Shown one piece after another: positions 46,644-58,173 of a stretch of 64,000 nucleotides of DNA. Each line of letters opens with the position of its first letter. Positions within the stretch are counted from its first letter, which is position 1. The notes beneath the pieces were generated by a model. That model was not told where the DNA came from, made no database searches, and saw only the letters and a program-made list of their open reading frames with translations. Both the position numbers and the translations under genes were made by a program. The stretch is from Diplonema japonicum. Lineage: Eukaryota > Protista > Euglenozoa: Diplonemea. The stretch spans positions 248,001 through 312,000 of the forward strand of contig OZ025723.1 of assembly GCA_964019335.1 (NCBI GenBank). The letters are read 5' to 3'.

Positions 46644-47303
46644 ATGCTACAAAAGCTCAGAAAGAGTGCTGTGGGGGAATGGCTGAATGAGCTGCCTGTT
46701 GTCACAAGAATCTACACAGTAAGCTGTTTTCTGTTGGGGGTGATTACAACATTAGGAGGGGGCGGCTCCTGGTTAGGCCTGCCTGGCGTGAGCTTGGCCT
46801 TCGGTGGAGATCTCGGTTTTGGCTTAATCATGCATCTCATACTCTTTGTACAGGCCTCCTCACGTGCAGAAAGCCGGCTGGAAGTGTTCCAAGGTGATAG
46901 CTTAAAATACCTCTGGGCTGTCTTCATCATCAATGGTGCCTTGCTTACCCTGCTTCTCCCTTACCCAAGCCACGCCTTGCTCACCTCCATCGTTTTCATA
47001 CCATGCAGAATTGAGCCTAACGCCACCATGTCGTTTTTGTTCAATATACAAGTCAGAGCCCTTTACTTCCCTCTAGTCCTCATGGCGTTCCACTTCCTTC
47101 TTGGATCTTCTATCTTGCCAGATGTATATGGCATTGTGGTGGGGCACCTGTATGTGTACCACCAGGTGCTCAAGAGAAGCAGAAGGGAGGACATATACCT
47201 CCCTTTGAAGGGGTGGTACACAGTCCCCAATAAGCTTCGCGGGTGGGAGGAAGCGTTGAAAAAGCGTTCGTTGGGAACGGGGCCCCTCCCGTGGGGAAGG
47301 TAA
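46644..47303 (+). CDS. Derlin (Der1-like ERAD membrane protein)
   Basis: W...PVVTR.Y, SRAESR, L..IQVRALYFPLVL and GIVVGHLY motifs. Confidence 0.9.
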   Translation: MLQKLRKSAVGEWLNELPVVTRIYTVSCFLLGVITTLGGGGSWLGLPGVSLAFGGDLGFGLIMHLILFVQASSRAESRLEVFQGDSLKYLWAVFIINGALLTLLLPYPSHALLTSIVFIPCRIEPNATMSFLFNIQVRALYFPLVLMAFHFLLGSSILPDVYGIVVGHLYVYHQVLKRSRREDIYLPLKGWYTVPNKLRGWEEALKKRSLGTGPLPWGR

Positions 47304-47323
47304 TATATATATATATTTATATA

Positions 47324-48750
47324 CTGTAAAACGAAAAACTCCCGGACGGAAAAATGTCCGAGTTTTTTTAGCGTCCGGGAATATTTCCGTCCGGAAGTTT
47401 TTCCGTCCGGGAATTTTTTTTAGGTAAGGCCGTCAGGGGCCTGGTCCACTACCACCTACATACTGGCCTGGGCTGCAAACGGCAACCGCGCGAAGAAACC
47501 CCCCAGGGTTCCCTTTCTGCATCTTTGTCTTCCCTTGCTGCCCCTGAGGCAATCAGCTTGTCGAGCCTTCGTGTGGCCTACTACCTTTCTTAATAGATGC
47601 TTTACAGCTGCGTTCAACCCAATATCCATCGGTTGAACCATGTAGGTGAGCCGAGCAGCAGGACAAAAGCAATGTGCACGTTTGCGCCTGCGAACAACTC
47701 TACGAACCCATAGGCATAGGTCGTGTGAGAGGTGTGGTCGCCGACAAGCAGCAGAATTCGGCAAAACCATGGGAATCGATGATTTATAGCAAAAGGAAGA
47801 AACAGCTCCGTAACCCAGATACCGAGTATCATAATTAGCCCAATGATTGGGCGATGCCGTTAGGCTCCATTCGATGGGCGGGTGCTTGACCGGGGCACGG
47901 ATAATGTTGCGTTTCCGCTTTGCCTTTGTATTTAAGTTGCGGTGCAACCCATCCAGCCAAGGAAACAGCCAGCTGTTCAGTTATAGCCCGTTTGTCCCCC
48001 AAGCCACGGACTCTTACGACCTTAGCACCCCTTTTCGTTTAGTTTTTAACCCCATACAGGTCTGTCTTTCGGGCTGGATTGGCGCGCAGCAGCCAAAGGT
48101 GCATATTTGTTGTGCTGGGATAGGCTCGCCAAGCCCGTTTTACCTATCGACTCAAGCAAAAACCTTTCAGCCCCCGAAGGATGCTAAATCCCGTATTGGG
48201 CGATACGCTGCTATCACGGCGTCGCGGCGGCCAGGGTGTGGTAGGGTGGAATAGCAACGTCCAGTATTTCCGTCTGGAAGAAACTGGGGGCTCTGTTGAA
48301 CCTGTTCCCGCCAAGCTGCTTTCGGGGGTTTGTACTGGCCTTCTCGGCCCGGTGTATGGAGTTTATCTCCTCCACCTCTCGGGGGTGAGCTGGCCGGGGT
48401 GCCAGCACCAAAGTTGGGCCCCTCACAAGCCAGCTGCTCAACGTGCCTTGGGTACTGGTTAATTTGACGAAAGAAGTACGGGTTTATGAGAAGTTAAAGA
48501 TCCCGTGGGTGCTGTTTGTTGGTGCATTGAAAGGGGAAGAAAAATTCAAACTGCCACGCAGGGTAAACATTTTGGCTCTGCACAAGGAATAAAGCCCTTC
48601 CAGGCAAACGTGGTGGGAGCTGCTACCCCCCCCTTAAGTAAAAAAACTTCTTCCCAGAAAAACTCCCGGACGGAAAAATGTCCGGGAGTTTTTGGTGTCC
48701 GGAGTTTTTCTGTCCGAGAATTTTTCCGTCCGACATTATTCGTTTTACAG
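47324..48750 (-). mobile_element. pogo-like (Tc1/mariner superfamily) DNA transposon with decayed DDE_1 transposase
   Basis: TIR CTGTAAAACGAA/TTCGTTTTACAG in (TA)n; subterminal cggacggaaaaa repeats; minus-strand GAKVVRVRGL, ITEQLAVSLAG, NHWAN, LLLVGDHTSH and LTYMVQPMDIG. Confidence 0.92.
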
Positions 48751-48863
48751 TATATATATATATTTTTTTTTATAGGCAGCCCCCTCCCCTCCCCTCCCCC
48801 AGGGAAAATTTCAAAAAAAAAAGGGGGGTGGGCGGAGAGAAAAACAAAAAAAAAAAAAGAAAA

Positions 48864-50174
48864 ATGACTGCCCACTCAGCAGAGTTCATAAAGCATCGTT
48901 TTCTTTATGTGTTGCTGCTGACGTGGTTGGCGTACTGCGCATATGTGTCGAGCAGGCGGCCGTTCGGTGTGGTAAGGAGGTCTATCGAAGAATCAGAGGG
49001 TCTCACCCCGTTCCAGCTAGGCATGGTGGACACCTGCTTCCTGTCGATGTACTGCCTCGGCCAATTTTTCTACGGGGAACTGAAGGCGTTACTGAGCCCC
49101 GTTAACACCATCGCTGTGGGACTGATTGTTTCCGCCATATCACTGGCTCTCTTCAGCGCATCATCTGGATTTTACGTCTTCTGCATACTATGGTCCATCA
49201 ACGGGCTGGCTAACGCATGCGGTTGGCCTTCCTGTATAAGGATAGTAACACCGTGGATCCGGCCTGAAGAACGCGGCAGAGTAATGGGTCTGTGGGCATC
49301 CTGTCAGGCAGGTGGAGGTATCGTAGGAAACGCGGCAGCAGCTTATTTCCTCGGAGCGTACGGGTGGCGTTCTGCGCTGATGCAGTCTGCGGTGTTCGTG
49401 GCCGTGGTGGGTGTTCTCAACAAAACGTACCTTTCGTCCCACCCCAGCGTCGCCGGGTTCAAATCGCAAGACGAGGAAAGTACCGAAGAAAATAATGAAA
49501 AGGACAAGACAAGCGCCAGGGTGAACGTTTGGTCGGTGTTAAGCACCCCTGGCGTCGCTCCCGTCGCCATTGCACATTTCTGTGAAAAGATTATCCGGTA
49601 CACGTTGTTGTTCTGGCTTCCTTACTATTTAACGAAACGCCTTGCTTACGACGAAGTTATTAGTGGCTTTGCTTCCACTGCTTTCGATGTGGGGGGTGTG
49701 TTTGGCAGCATAGCAAGTGGGTTCGTAGCGGACGGGTGGTACAACGGGAACCGCAGGACAACAACGTCCACCATTTTTCTGGCGTTGGCCGGGATGTCGC
49801 TTTTGCCGTTCGCGTTGTTCCCCGACCTGTTTTCTCAGTATCTCATCCTGCCTGTGATCACTTGCTTTTTGGTTGGGTTTTTTTTGCTCGGTTTCGACTC
49901 CCTCCTCACAGGTGCTGTTATACAGGACATCGCCACCCGTGCCGGTATGTCCGCTCACGTTTCAGCAATTTCTGGTGTTATCGGAGGGTCCGGCTCGTTC
50001 GGGTCTATTATTCAAGGGGTTATGACAACGAGTATTACCGCGCACGCTTCTTGGGAGAGGCTTTGGCAGTTTTTGTTCTTCCTCGTCAGCATGGCCTGCC
50101 TCAGCTTGACACCTGCTATTCGCAAGGAAGTCGCCCGCCCGACACACACTTCTTCCCCTGAACTAAAACTCTGA
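48864..50174 (+). CDS. MFS transporter, organophosphate:Pi antiporter (GlpT/SLC37-like)
   Basis: SRRPF, GWPSC...PW....ERGRVMGLW, KIIRYTLLFWLP and FDVGGVFG; ~12 hydrophobic segments. Confidence 0.92.
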   Translation: MTAHSAEFIKHRFLYVLLLTWLAYCAYVSSRRPFGVVRRSIEESEGLTPFQLGMVDTCFLSMYCLGQFFYGELKALLSPVNTIAVGLIVSAISLALFSASSGFYVFCILWSINGLANACGWPSCIRIVTPWIRPEERGRVMGLWASCQAGGGIVGNAAAAYFLGAYGWRSALMQSAVFVAVVGVLNKTYLSSHPSVAGFKSQDEESTEENNEKDKTSARVNVWSVLSTPGVAPVAIAHFCEKIIRYTLLFWLPYYLTKRLAYDEVISGFASTAFDVGGVFGSIASGFVADGWYNGNRRTTTSTIFLALAGMSLLPFALFPDLFSQYLILPVITCFLVGFFLLGFDSLLTGAVIQDIATRAGMSAHVSAISGVIGGSGSFGSIIQGVMTTSITAHASWERLWQFLFFLVSMACLSLTPAIRKEVARPTHTSSPELKL

Positions 50175-50576
50175 AAGGTAGTTTTTTTTTTTTTTTTTTT
50201 TTTTTTTTCTGGCAACGATTTCTTTTCTTTCTTTTTTTTTTTCTTTCGCTCCAATTTCTTTTTGTGGGGGGGGTTTTTTTTTGTTCTTTTGGGAATGCAT
50301 GGCAATAACCCGCTCCTCCAAAAGTCTTTTTTTAAAAAAGCGGCCAGGCTGGGGAGAAGGCCGGCAAGACCACCAAAGGAGGAGAAACCGCTGCTGAAAG
50401 GGGAATAGGTGCAGGTAGAGGATGAGAACAAGGGGGCGTCTCACAAAGACTTCCTTTAACTCATTTTTATATTTTTTTTTTTCTACTTCTTTTTATATAT
50501 TTTTGTTTTCATTTTTCATTGTTTTCTTTTTTTTTTTTTTTTTTTACCGTTTTTGTTCCCAGCAAAAAAAAAAGGG

Positions 50577-50610
<34 letters not shown>

Positions 50611-50613
<3 letters not shown>

Positions 50614-51591
50614 CGTTCCACGCTAACTTACCTAGTGATACTAACGCTTCTTGGAGGCTGTCTGTGCAACGACAAAGTGTACAGAACAATTGCAGAGGAG
50701 CCATGGCAGGGGTACGACGCCGCAGCGGTGGCGAGATTCGTGTCGGCCGTGGAAGGGGTCTTGGCTGGGTTGGGGTTAAAGGTGAGAGTTTCCGTGGTAT
50801 GCGAAGAACGAGTATGCCCTGACGCCTCATGCAACAGGGGCTACGACTTCTTCACGACCAACGGGTGTGTCATCACTGTGAGCAGACACGCAAAAACACT
50901 TCAAGCTCAACGTACCTACTTCGAGTACGTCCTCGAGGACTCAGGGACCCTTACCACCCCGTCGCTTGTGACGCGACTAACTACAGCCGACACACGTCTC
51001 TTATCTAACCCACGTCCTGACTATCTCATCCGAACTCGATCCATTAACGGACAGCCCATCACACTGAACAGCCCGAGGATGGCTGACGACGATGACAGCG
51101 GCCTTGAATGGTGGGCCATCATGCTGATCGTTCTCGGGGCTTTGCTTTTTTTATTACTTCTTGCGATCTTGCTTTATTGCTTGTGTTGTAAAAAGAATGA
51201 CGGCGACGGTAAAAACCGTGGGAACGCTGAACGGCAGCCCGAGAGTGGTAACGGGCGGACAGGCCGCTCCAGGGGGTACTACGGGAGAGAACGGCGGGCC
51301 CCGCTGGGGCCGCCTCCCGGTGTGGGGTCAGAGCCACTTCCACCTTTGGAACCAATGTCTTATGGATTGAAAGAAGTCCCACCAAACCTTACGACACCTT
51401 TCAGAATTGGAGATGTGGTGCAGGCTTACTACGAGGATGCATGGTTCCCAGCGACAGTTATAGGGGGCAGCCACAACTTCGGGTATGACGTGGAGTGGGA
51501 GGACACCACCGTTAGCTACAGCATCCCTCCTTACCACATACGCTTTGCGTCTGATAACCCCAACTGGGTCAATACACCTACCACAAAGTGA
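50611..51591 (+). CDS. Type I membrane protein with a cytosolic Tudor/Agenet-like domain
   Basis: Signal peptide; TM followed by CLCCKK; FRIGDVVQAYYEDAWFPATV...YDVEWED. Confidence 0.8.
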
Positions 51592-51598
51592 AGAATTT

Positions 51599-51629
<31 letters not shown>

Positions 51630-52253
51630 CGAGTATATTTTTTATTTTATGCGGGCCGAAGTGAGAAGGACTGTGTTTACCTATTTTTTTTTTTTGTTTT
51701 GTTTTAGCAACACCCACGACAGAAAAGGGTTAGAACACAAGATATGTTTTGAGTGTCGTTAGGTGATCCTGTTATATTTTGTAGGTTCGCTTCAAAGATT
51801 TCTTTTTTTACCTTCTCACGGATGCCATTATTAGCAGCCAATTAACGATTGAGAGGAAGGCCTTTTTGCCTTCTGAGGTCCCCCCCCCCCCCCCCCCCCG
51901 CCAGCAAAGTGATGGCAGAGAAAACTTTAACCTCTTTAGCATTAGTTTGAATGACTTTTTTTTTTTCTTCTTCCTCCGTTTCTTCTTCTTCTTTTTTTTT
52001 TGTAGCTTGACACAGTTGTTGTATTTAATCTCTTCTTTTTCTCCCCCCCCCATACTTACTGTTCTTTGCAGTAGTTAAAAAAAAGGGAATATCTACCTTT
52101 TTTTTTTCTTTCTTCTTTTTTTTTTTTGTTCTCTTTTCTCCAAAGATCTTTGTTTATGTTTTACCCTCCTTTTTTTTGTTCTCACTTGAGCACCCCCGTT
52201 TACTGCATTTCACAGCAGGTGGATAAAGAAATTTAAAAAAAAAAAAAAAAAAA

Positions 52254-52459
52254 ATGACGGACTACAAAAAAGCTTTCTTCTGGCTTCGCTTCTTCTCGCT
52301 GAACCAGGCTTGCAACAGGAGGTGTTCCGAGGTAGGAATCTGTTCAAGATGTGCAGACGACCTATAAGATCGATAGGATCAAACTTTCCTCTGATGCATG
52401 ATAGTTATCAGTCTCTGACGATTGCAGAGGCTAAAAACACTGACGTCGCTAGCCTATAA
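52254..52459 (+). CDS. Putative small protein (37 aa to 52367, or ~68 aa to 52459 if one A is missing from the A6 run)
   Basis: Acceptor-like tttcacAG plus a 20-A leader directly before the ATG, as in bona fide genes here. Confidence 0.35.
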
Positions 52460-52779
52460 AGGGAATGCGTTTTCCTTTAAATAATTTTGAAATAAGACCT
52501 CTAAGAATTAACACCCCATCCAGCGTCGCAAGGACTGGAGGGAGGGCCATTCACTTCTGCTTTACCCCTCTCAGCTGTGGAGCGATTCTCAACAAAAAAC
52601 CATTTAATTTAAAAAAGGTGGTGTGGGATATCAACACGGGGGGGGGCCTAAAAAACGTGGTTAAACGTGGAAAAAAGAAAGTTTTTTAAAAAACCTTCCC
52701 CTAAGGTAAAAAAAAAACCGCCCAATACCCTCCTAAATTAACCAAAAAATCAAAATTCGCCGGATTAGAGCATTTCTGA

Positions 52780-53048
52780 GCACTTGTTAATGCCCTCTGC
52801 CTCAGCCTTCGCCTCCGCTGTCGCTTTCTCCAACAGCTTCTTGTGGGGCTCCACACTATCCCCTTTGGACACACGTCGCTACTCCTTGGCCTTTTGTTTG
52901 GAACATGTGGGCGCGGAGTCTGCTGGTTGACGCTACTGTGAAGACCATATCACAGAAGCGACATTTTACTGTCTTCTTCTTCCCATCCTCCGCCTGAACC
53001 TCCACCCCATCCCCAAAGCGCCTCCAGGGGGTGCTTTCTCTGGACCAT
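52780..53048 (-). pseudogene. BED zinc finger exon of the hAT transposase (antisense to the rest)
   Basis: Minus strand reads PWRRFG...KTVKCRFCDMVF..STSRLRAHMFQTKGQGVATC; not in the ORF track. Confidence 0.85.
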
Positions 53049-55379
53049 GTTTACTTTCGTTTTTGTAGAGACCGACGTGCGCTTTCCTTGTAAAACCCCA
53101 AAAAAGTAAGTATCTTCAAAAACCCCAAATAAATAAGGACCTTCCAAACAGTGTTTACCGAAATATACATAGCCGTTTCCATAACCATGGAAACGCGTTT
53201 CCATGAGAATTTTGAAAACATGGAAACGGAAACGCGGCTCTTTAGGACGCCGCTACCGTTTGAACGGAGTACTGTCTTACATCGCCCGATTGTGAACTTT
53301 TCTGTGTTTTGCACGGCATTTCTGATGAATATCCATCATTTCCCCGAGGTTAGGATGGTAAGTTTGTTTTTGCAAATATTTCAGGTACCAAACCGTGGTC
53401 ACTGTTTTCAAAAATACAGATAAAGAACGAAGAAGCGTAAAGTGGAGAACAGGCCAATGACGCCATTTTTAACTGCTACAAGCACGCCAGACGACGTGGA
53501 CAGGGCTGTTCGGGATTTCTTTCTCGAAACCGGGACCCCATTTTTGAGGGTCGAACATCGGTATGATGTTTATCTGTTTCGTGTCCTCTCATATTTTCTG
53601 TTCACAGAACATTCAAGGCACTGTTTGAGAAAGTGAAGCGCCTTCCGCTCGGGGCCACGTACGAGCTACCGGACAGGAAAGCTCTGAGCGGAAGGCTGGT
53701 TGACGACGCTGTTCAAAAAATGGATGCCACAATCGCATCCTTCATCGAAACCCAGAAGACAACTGGGCTCACCTTGACGCACGACGGGTGGACAACCCCG
53801 AGGAAGGCGGCAATTTTTAATGCCATCCTCTGCACCGTTGATACGTCCTGGTGCGTAGAAAACGCAACAATGAAGGAGAAGAAAACGATGGAAACAATCG
53901 CGACATTCGTGCACTCCACTGTTGCGGGCTGAATGAGGAGGTGAAGAGCAAGGTGGTGCATGTTTGCGTCGACGGCGCTTGTGCGCTCGCTCTCCCGATC
54001 ATTGAGACAAAACTCCCACACGTCATGGGAAGCCTCTGCATGTTACACACCCGTGACCTCATCTTTGAGGACCTTTGCGACTGGAACAAGAAATCAACAC
54101 GTGAGCGGTTCAGTTTCATCGGCGAAATATGCAAGGACAGTGTCGAGTTTGTACGGTGGTTGAAAACCCGTGAGAGATTGGTGACAATACTCAAGGAAAA
54201 GAATGCGCTCACCATGCTGTGTCCTATCGACACACGCATGGGAACGACATTTATCTGTCTCCAACGTTTGCAGAGGCTCAAAGCATCACTGAGGAGTGTT
54301 GTCTCCTCTGAAGCCTACACGGACTGGAAAAAATCGCAAAAAAGTGCTGCCGCGAGGAGTGCTGCGGACACTCGCAGGGCCCAAGTTATCGGAGACGAGT
54401 TTTGGGACAACGTAGACGAGATGTGTAGATTGACTGTACCGACGTGGCACTTCCTTCGTGTGCTGGATAAAGACGGTGCGCCAGGCGAATTACCTGCAAT
54501 CAACGTCGGCAACGTAAGGCTGAAGTGGGAGACGTTCGTCACTGAAATAGGTCAGCTGGAACTCAGCCCTCTGCTCACGGCAGAGCGCAGAGCACCTAGT
54601 TCTGCACGCGAAGGAGCGTTGGGTCTACGCAGAAGGGCCCATCCACCACTGTGGATACGCACTCAACCCCATAACACGGGAGGCAGCCCGCGGGTGCGAG
54701 AAAGCAAAGTCTGGTCTCCAGATTGTCCTACAGCGCATGCTGCCCGAGTCGGAAGCTCTTGATGGCCTTGAAGAGTGGGAGGCGTGGTCCTCCACGCCAC
54801 TGGAGTTCGGCATGGCCACACAGGCAGCCCACCCAGACAGGCAGGACAAGTGGCCTGCTTACAAATGGTGGTCGCAGTTTGGGGGAGATTCCGCATTCTG
54901 CAGAAGGTGGCGTGCTTGGTGCTAGGCCAAATTGTCACTGTTGCGCCGAGTGAGAAGGGATGGGCTGTGTACGCTGATGTCATGGGGAAAAAGAGATTCA
55001 GCCTGAACGAAGACAGGTCTGTTCTCACCCGTCTTCTCCCCCCGTAAGTTTACATACAGGGCACACAGCATGACTCGCATCAAATACAACACGAAGAACT
55101 GGACACTCACACAGGCGGCACAATCATACTTTGACGTCGATGAAGACAGCGAGTCGGATTGAAATGTTGTTTTATTTCCCCAGGGCGCCACCAACACTGG
55201 CCCCCTTTGTCTCGTATATTTCTTCCGAGTGATTTGCCCCCAAAAAATAAGTCTCTAAAACCCCCAAAATAAGGAGACGTTTCTGCCCCAAGGAAACGGC
55301 CCCAAAATAGGGAAACGTTTCCGTTTCCCTTTTTTTCAAAAAATGCATGGAAACGCGTTTCCATGCCAGCATAGCCCTG
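52780..55379 (+). mobile_element. hAT DNA transposon (DUF659-type transposase with hATC domain), frameshifted, left block inverted
   Basis: + strand: THDGWT, VCVDGA, CMLH, DTRMGT, FWD, KWWSQFG and LQKVA..VLGQ; introns 53561-53607 and about 55017-55059; right end catagccctg; ggaaac subterminal repeats. Confidence 0.9.
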
Positions 55380-55554
55380 GGGGGGGGGGGGGGGGGGGGG
55401 GGACGGCTCTCATCTTAAAAAACCGACTCTTATTATTTTTTTTTCTTCTTCTTCCGTGCATCTCTTTCGACATACATAACGTTATGAACAATAATTTATC
55501 GAAGAAACAACAATTTACAATAGGGGCAGGGGGTAATCGACAAAAAAAAAAAAT

Positions 55555-56223
55555 ATGAAGTCTGCAATGCTTGCGTTGCTGATGGCCGCTGGTGCATCGG
55601 CAAGGTGTGACCCAGCTGACTCGTGGTTGGCATACGCAGTAATGAAGGGCGGCGGGAAGGCCATCTCGCAGGTAAACGTAACATGGGTAGTCCCAGAGAA
55701 CCCCACTGACGCCTTCAGCCCGGCAGCACCGGGCTGGTGGTACGGTGTCGAACCTGAGCCTGCTTGCGATCTCATCCAGCCAATCCTTGCCTACGGGTAC
55801 AAGGGTAATGAATACAGCATTTTCAATGGGGAATACGACTGGGATGGTGGTGGCTGGTGGTCGTCCGAGACCCAGAAAGTCGTTCCAGGTGACAAGGTGT
55901 TCTCATCCCTCACCCTTATTGACAATGGCAAAGCCATGAGAATGGTCATTGGAAAGGAGGGCGGGAAGAACCCTGTTGTGTCCACCCGTTCCCTCACAGC
56001 CAAGACTCCTTACACGGACCTTTACTTTGTTGTTGAACACCAGCCGTCTAGTTGTAAACAATACCCTGCTAACGGTGAAATCACCTTTGCTAACATCTAT
56101 GTTGAGCTTGAGGGTACCGCAGTCACCCCTACCTGGGAGCAGATCAAGTACAAGGACGCTTGCAGCTGTGCTGGGCAAACTGTTGACCCCAAGACCCTGA
56201 AGTTCACGTGGGACACGAAATAG
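55555..56223 (+). CDS. Secreted beta-rich protein, possibly glutamic-peptidase (G1)/ConA-like fold
   Basis: Signal peptide; W.VP..P, LIQPIL.YG, V.PGD.V...L and VEH...C..YP..G.I.F..I patterns. Confidence 0.7.
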   Translation: MKSAMLALLMAAGASARCDPADSWLAYAVMKGGGKAISQVNVTWVVPENPTDAFSPAAPGWWYGVEPEPACDLIQPILAYGYKGNEYSIFNGEYDWDGGGWWSSETQKVVPGDKVFSSLTLIDNGKAMRMVIGKEGGKNPVVSTRSLTAKTPYTDLYFVVEHQPSSCKQYPANGEITFANIYVELEGTAVTPTWEQIKYKDACSCAGQTVDPKTLKFTWDTK

Positions 56224-56262
56224 ACTTTTTGAATGTTAGGAAGCAATACGTGTGTTACATTG

Positions 56263-56299
<37 letters not shown>

Positions 56300-56675
56300 C
56301 CTTTCTTTCGCTTTATGAAAAAAAAGGGGGGGGGAGGAAAAAAAAAGAAGAAGAAAAAAAAAAACATTGTGACCGCACCTGTTTTTTTTTAATTCTTTTT
56401 TTTTTGTCACCCCCTTCAATCCATCATCGAGGAAGGAAGAAGGGAAGGGGTTTTTCTTTTTCTTTTTTTTTTTTGGTTCTTTTTTAAAAGAGGCTGCCTC
56501 CCCCTCCTCAAGTGGGATTGTCCTTTTTGTTTTTGTTTTTTTTAACATTGTCCCCCCCTCCAAAAAAAGAAAAATACCGAACGTTCTTTACTTTTATTTT
56601 ATTTATTTTCTCCTAATTTTTTATACGAACAACAACACAAAAAAAGAGAGCGAAAAAAAAAAAAAAAAAAAAAAA

Positions 56676-57605
56676 ATGTCCGAAGTCGAAATATACATGT
56701 ATGACATAAGCAAAGGAATGGCACGGGCACTTGGCCCCGTATTCGGAGTTCAAATAGAAGCAATATGGCATACTTCTGTGGTGGCCTATGGGTACGAATA
56801 TCTTTTTGCAGGCGGCGGGGGGGTGCTGAAAGAAGAACCGGGGACGACCCCCTTCGGTACACCGATAGAGAAACGTGTGATGGGCAGAACAAGCAAGACA
56901 AGAATAGAGTTCGAATCCTGGAACAGATCACAGAACGAATCCGCTTTCGGCCCCGAAAGCTACAATCTTATGGAGAACAACTGCAACCACTACTCAGACG
57001 CCGCTCTACGATTCTTAGTAAACGAGGGAGCCCCCTCCACAGTTTCCAACATGACCTCCAACATAGTAAATTCGCCCATTGGAAGAATGGCGCTGCAATT
57101 CTTAGAATCTGTCCAGGAAGGTCTCCAAAACCGTGCTACACCTGCTACAGCGGAACCATCGAGTTCAGCTGATCCTTCATATTGGTGTCATATGTGTGAC
57201 CGTGAGGTGAGCGTTGTCAGAAATGATGAAGGGGAGGTTCATTGTGCAATTTGTACTGGAGAATTCGTAGAGGTATATGAGCAGGAGGCACCGCAATCGG
57301 AAGAAGTTGTTCCGCCGGTGCTCCCGCCCGTGCTCGAGGGTGTTTTGTCCAGTCTTTCGAGGGGTATTGCGTCGTTATTGGAGTCCTTCCCTCAGTCCCG
57401 TCGCACTCCTGAGGAAACCATTGCTGGTTTGCCTCAGTCTACACTTTCCTCGGAGTGTGGCAGCCCTTGTGGTATCTGTCTCGAATCTTTCCCAGTTGGG
57501 ACGCGGGTCACCCATCTTCCCTGTGATCATTTTTTCCACACACCTTGTATCGAGCAGTGGCTTCGCCTGCGTAAGAATTGCCCTGCGTGCAGGCATGAGC
57601 TTTGA
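56676..57605 (+). CDS. PPPDE/DeSI peptidase + RNF115/126-type zinc ribbon + RING-H2 fusion
   Basis: YDISKGMAR..IWHTSVV..EY.F and YNL..NNCNHY; YWCHMC..CAICTGEFVE; CGIC..LPCDHFFH..CIEQWL..CPACR. Confidence 0.92.
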   Translation: MSEVEIYMYDISKGMARALGPVFGVQIEAIWHTSVVAYGYEYLFAGGGGVLKEEPGTTPFGTPIEKRVMGRTSKTRIEFESWNRSQNESAFGPESYNLMENNCNHYSDAALRFLVNEGAPSTVSNMTSNIVNSPIGRMALQFLESVQEGLQNRATPATAEPSSSADPSYWCHMCDREVSVVRNDEGEVHCAICTGEFVEVYEQEAPQSEEVVPPVLPPVLEGVLSSLSRGIASLLESFPQSRRTPEETIAGLPQSTLSSECGSPCGICLESFPVGTRVTHLPCDHFFHTPCIEQWLRLRKNCPACRHEL

Positions 57606-57684
57606 GTTGGGAACGGGATTCTCAAAGAGAATTCAAAAAAAAAAAATATAGCCGAGTGTTTGCCCAGGGGGTTGTACCCCCAAC

Positions 57685-57717
<33 letters not shown>

Positions 57718-58173
57718 TTTTGGGGAAAAAAAAATGAGGGGAGGGGGAATAAAAGGAGAAAAAAAAAAAAAAAAGATCTCCCCTCGAAAAAAAAAAATAA
57801 ATAAAATTCTCGCTCTCTCATACTCTTCCCGTTTCCTCCACCTTACAATTTTTTTTGTTTGTATTAACAAGTACTGCCTCAGTTACTTGTAAGAGCAAAG
57901 AAAAAAAAAAGAAAAAAAAAGAGAGAGTAGTGATAACCATGCAGTATTTGTTCCATATATACCGTGTGTCAACAATCGAAATACTATTTAAAAAAAAAGA
58001 AAAAAAAAAAAAAAACCGACTCTTTTTTTTTTTTGTTCTTTTTCTCTTCTCTTGTTCCTGGCCTTTCAATCTTTTTTTTTTTTTTTTTGTTCTCCACCGC
58101 AGTTAGTTCTACCGATTCCCCCTTCATTTTCCTGCTCAAGCGATATTAAAAAAAAAAAAAAAAAGAAAAAAAA

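Noticed and set aside
47330-48740. Clustered palindromic cggacggaaaaa repeats, and attacttcacg x3 at 44.3 kb, as a CRISPR-like array
   Set aside because: No regular repeat-spacer period; explained as subterminal transposon repeats.
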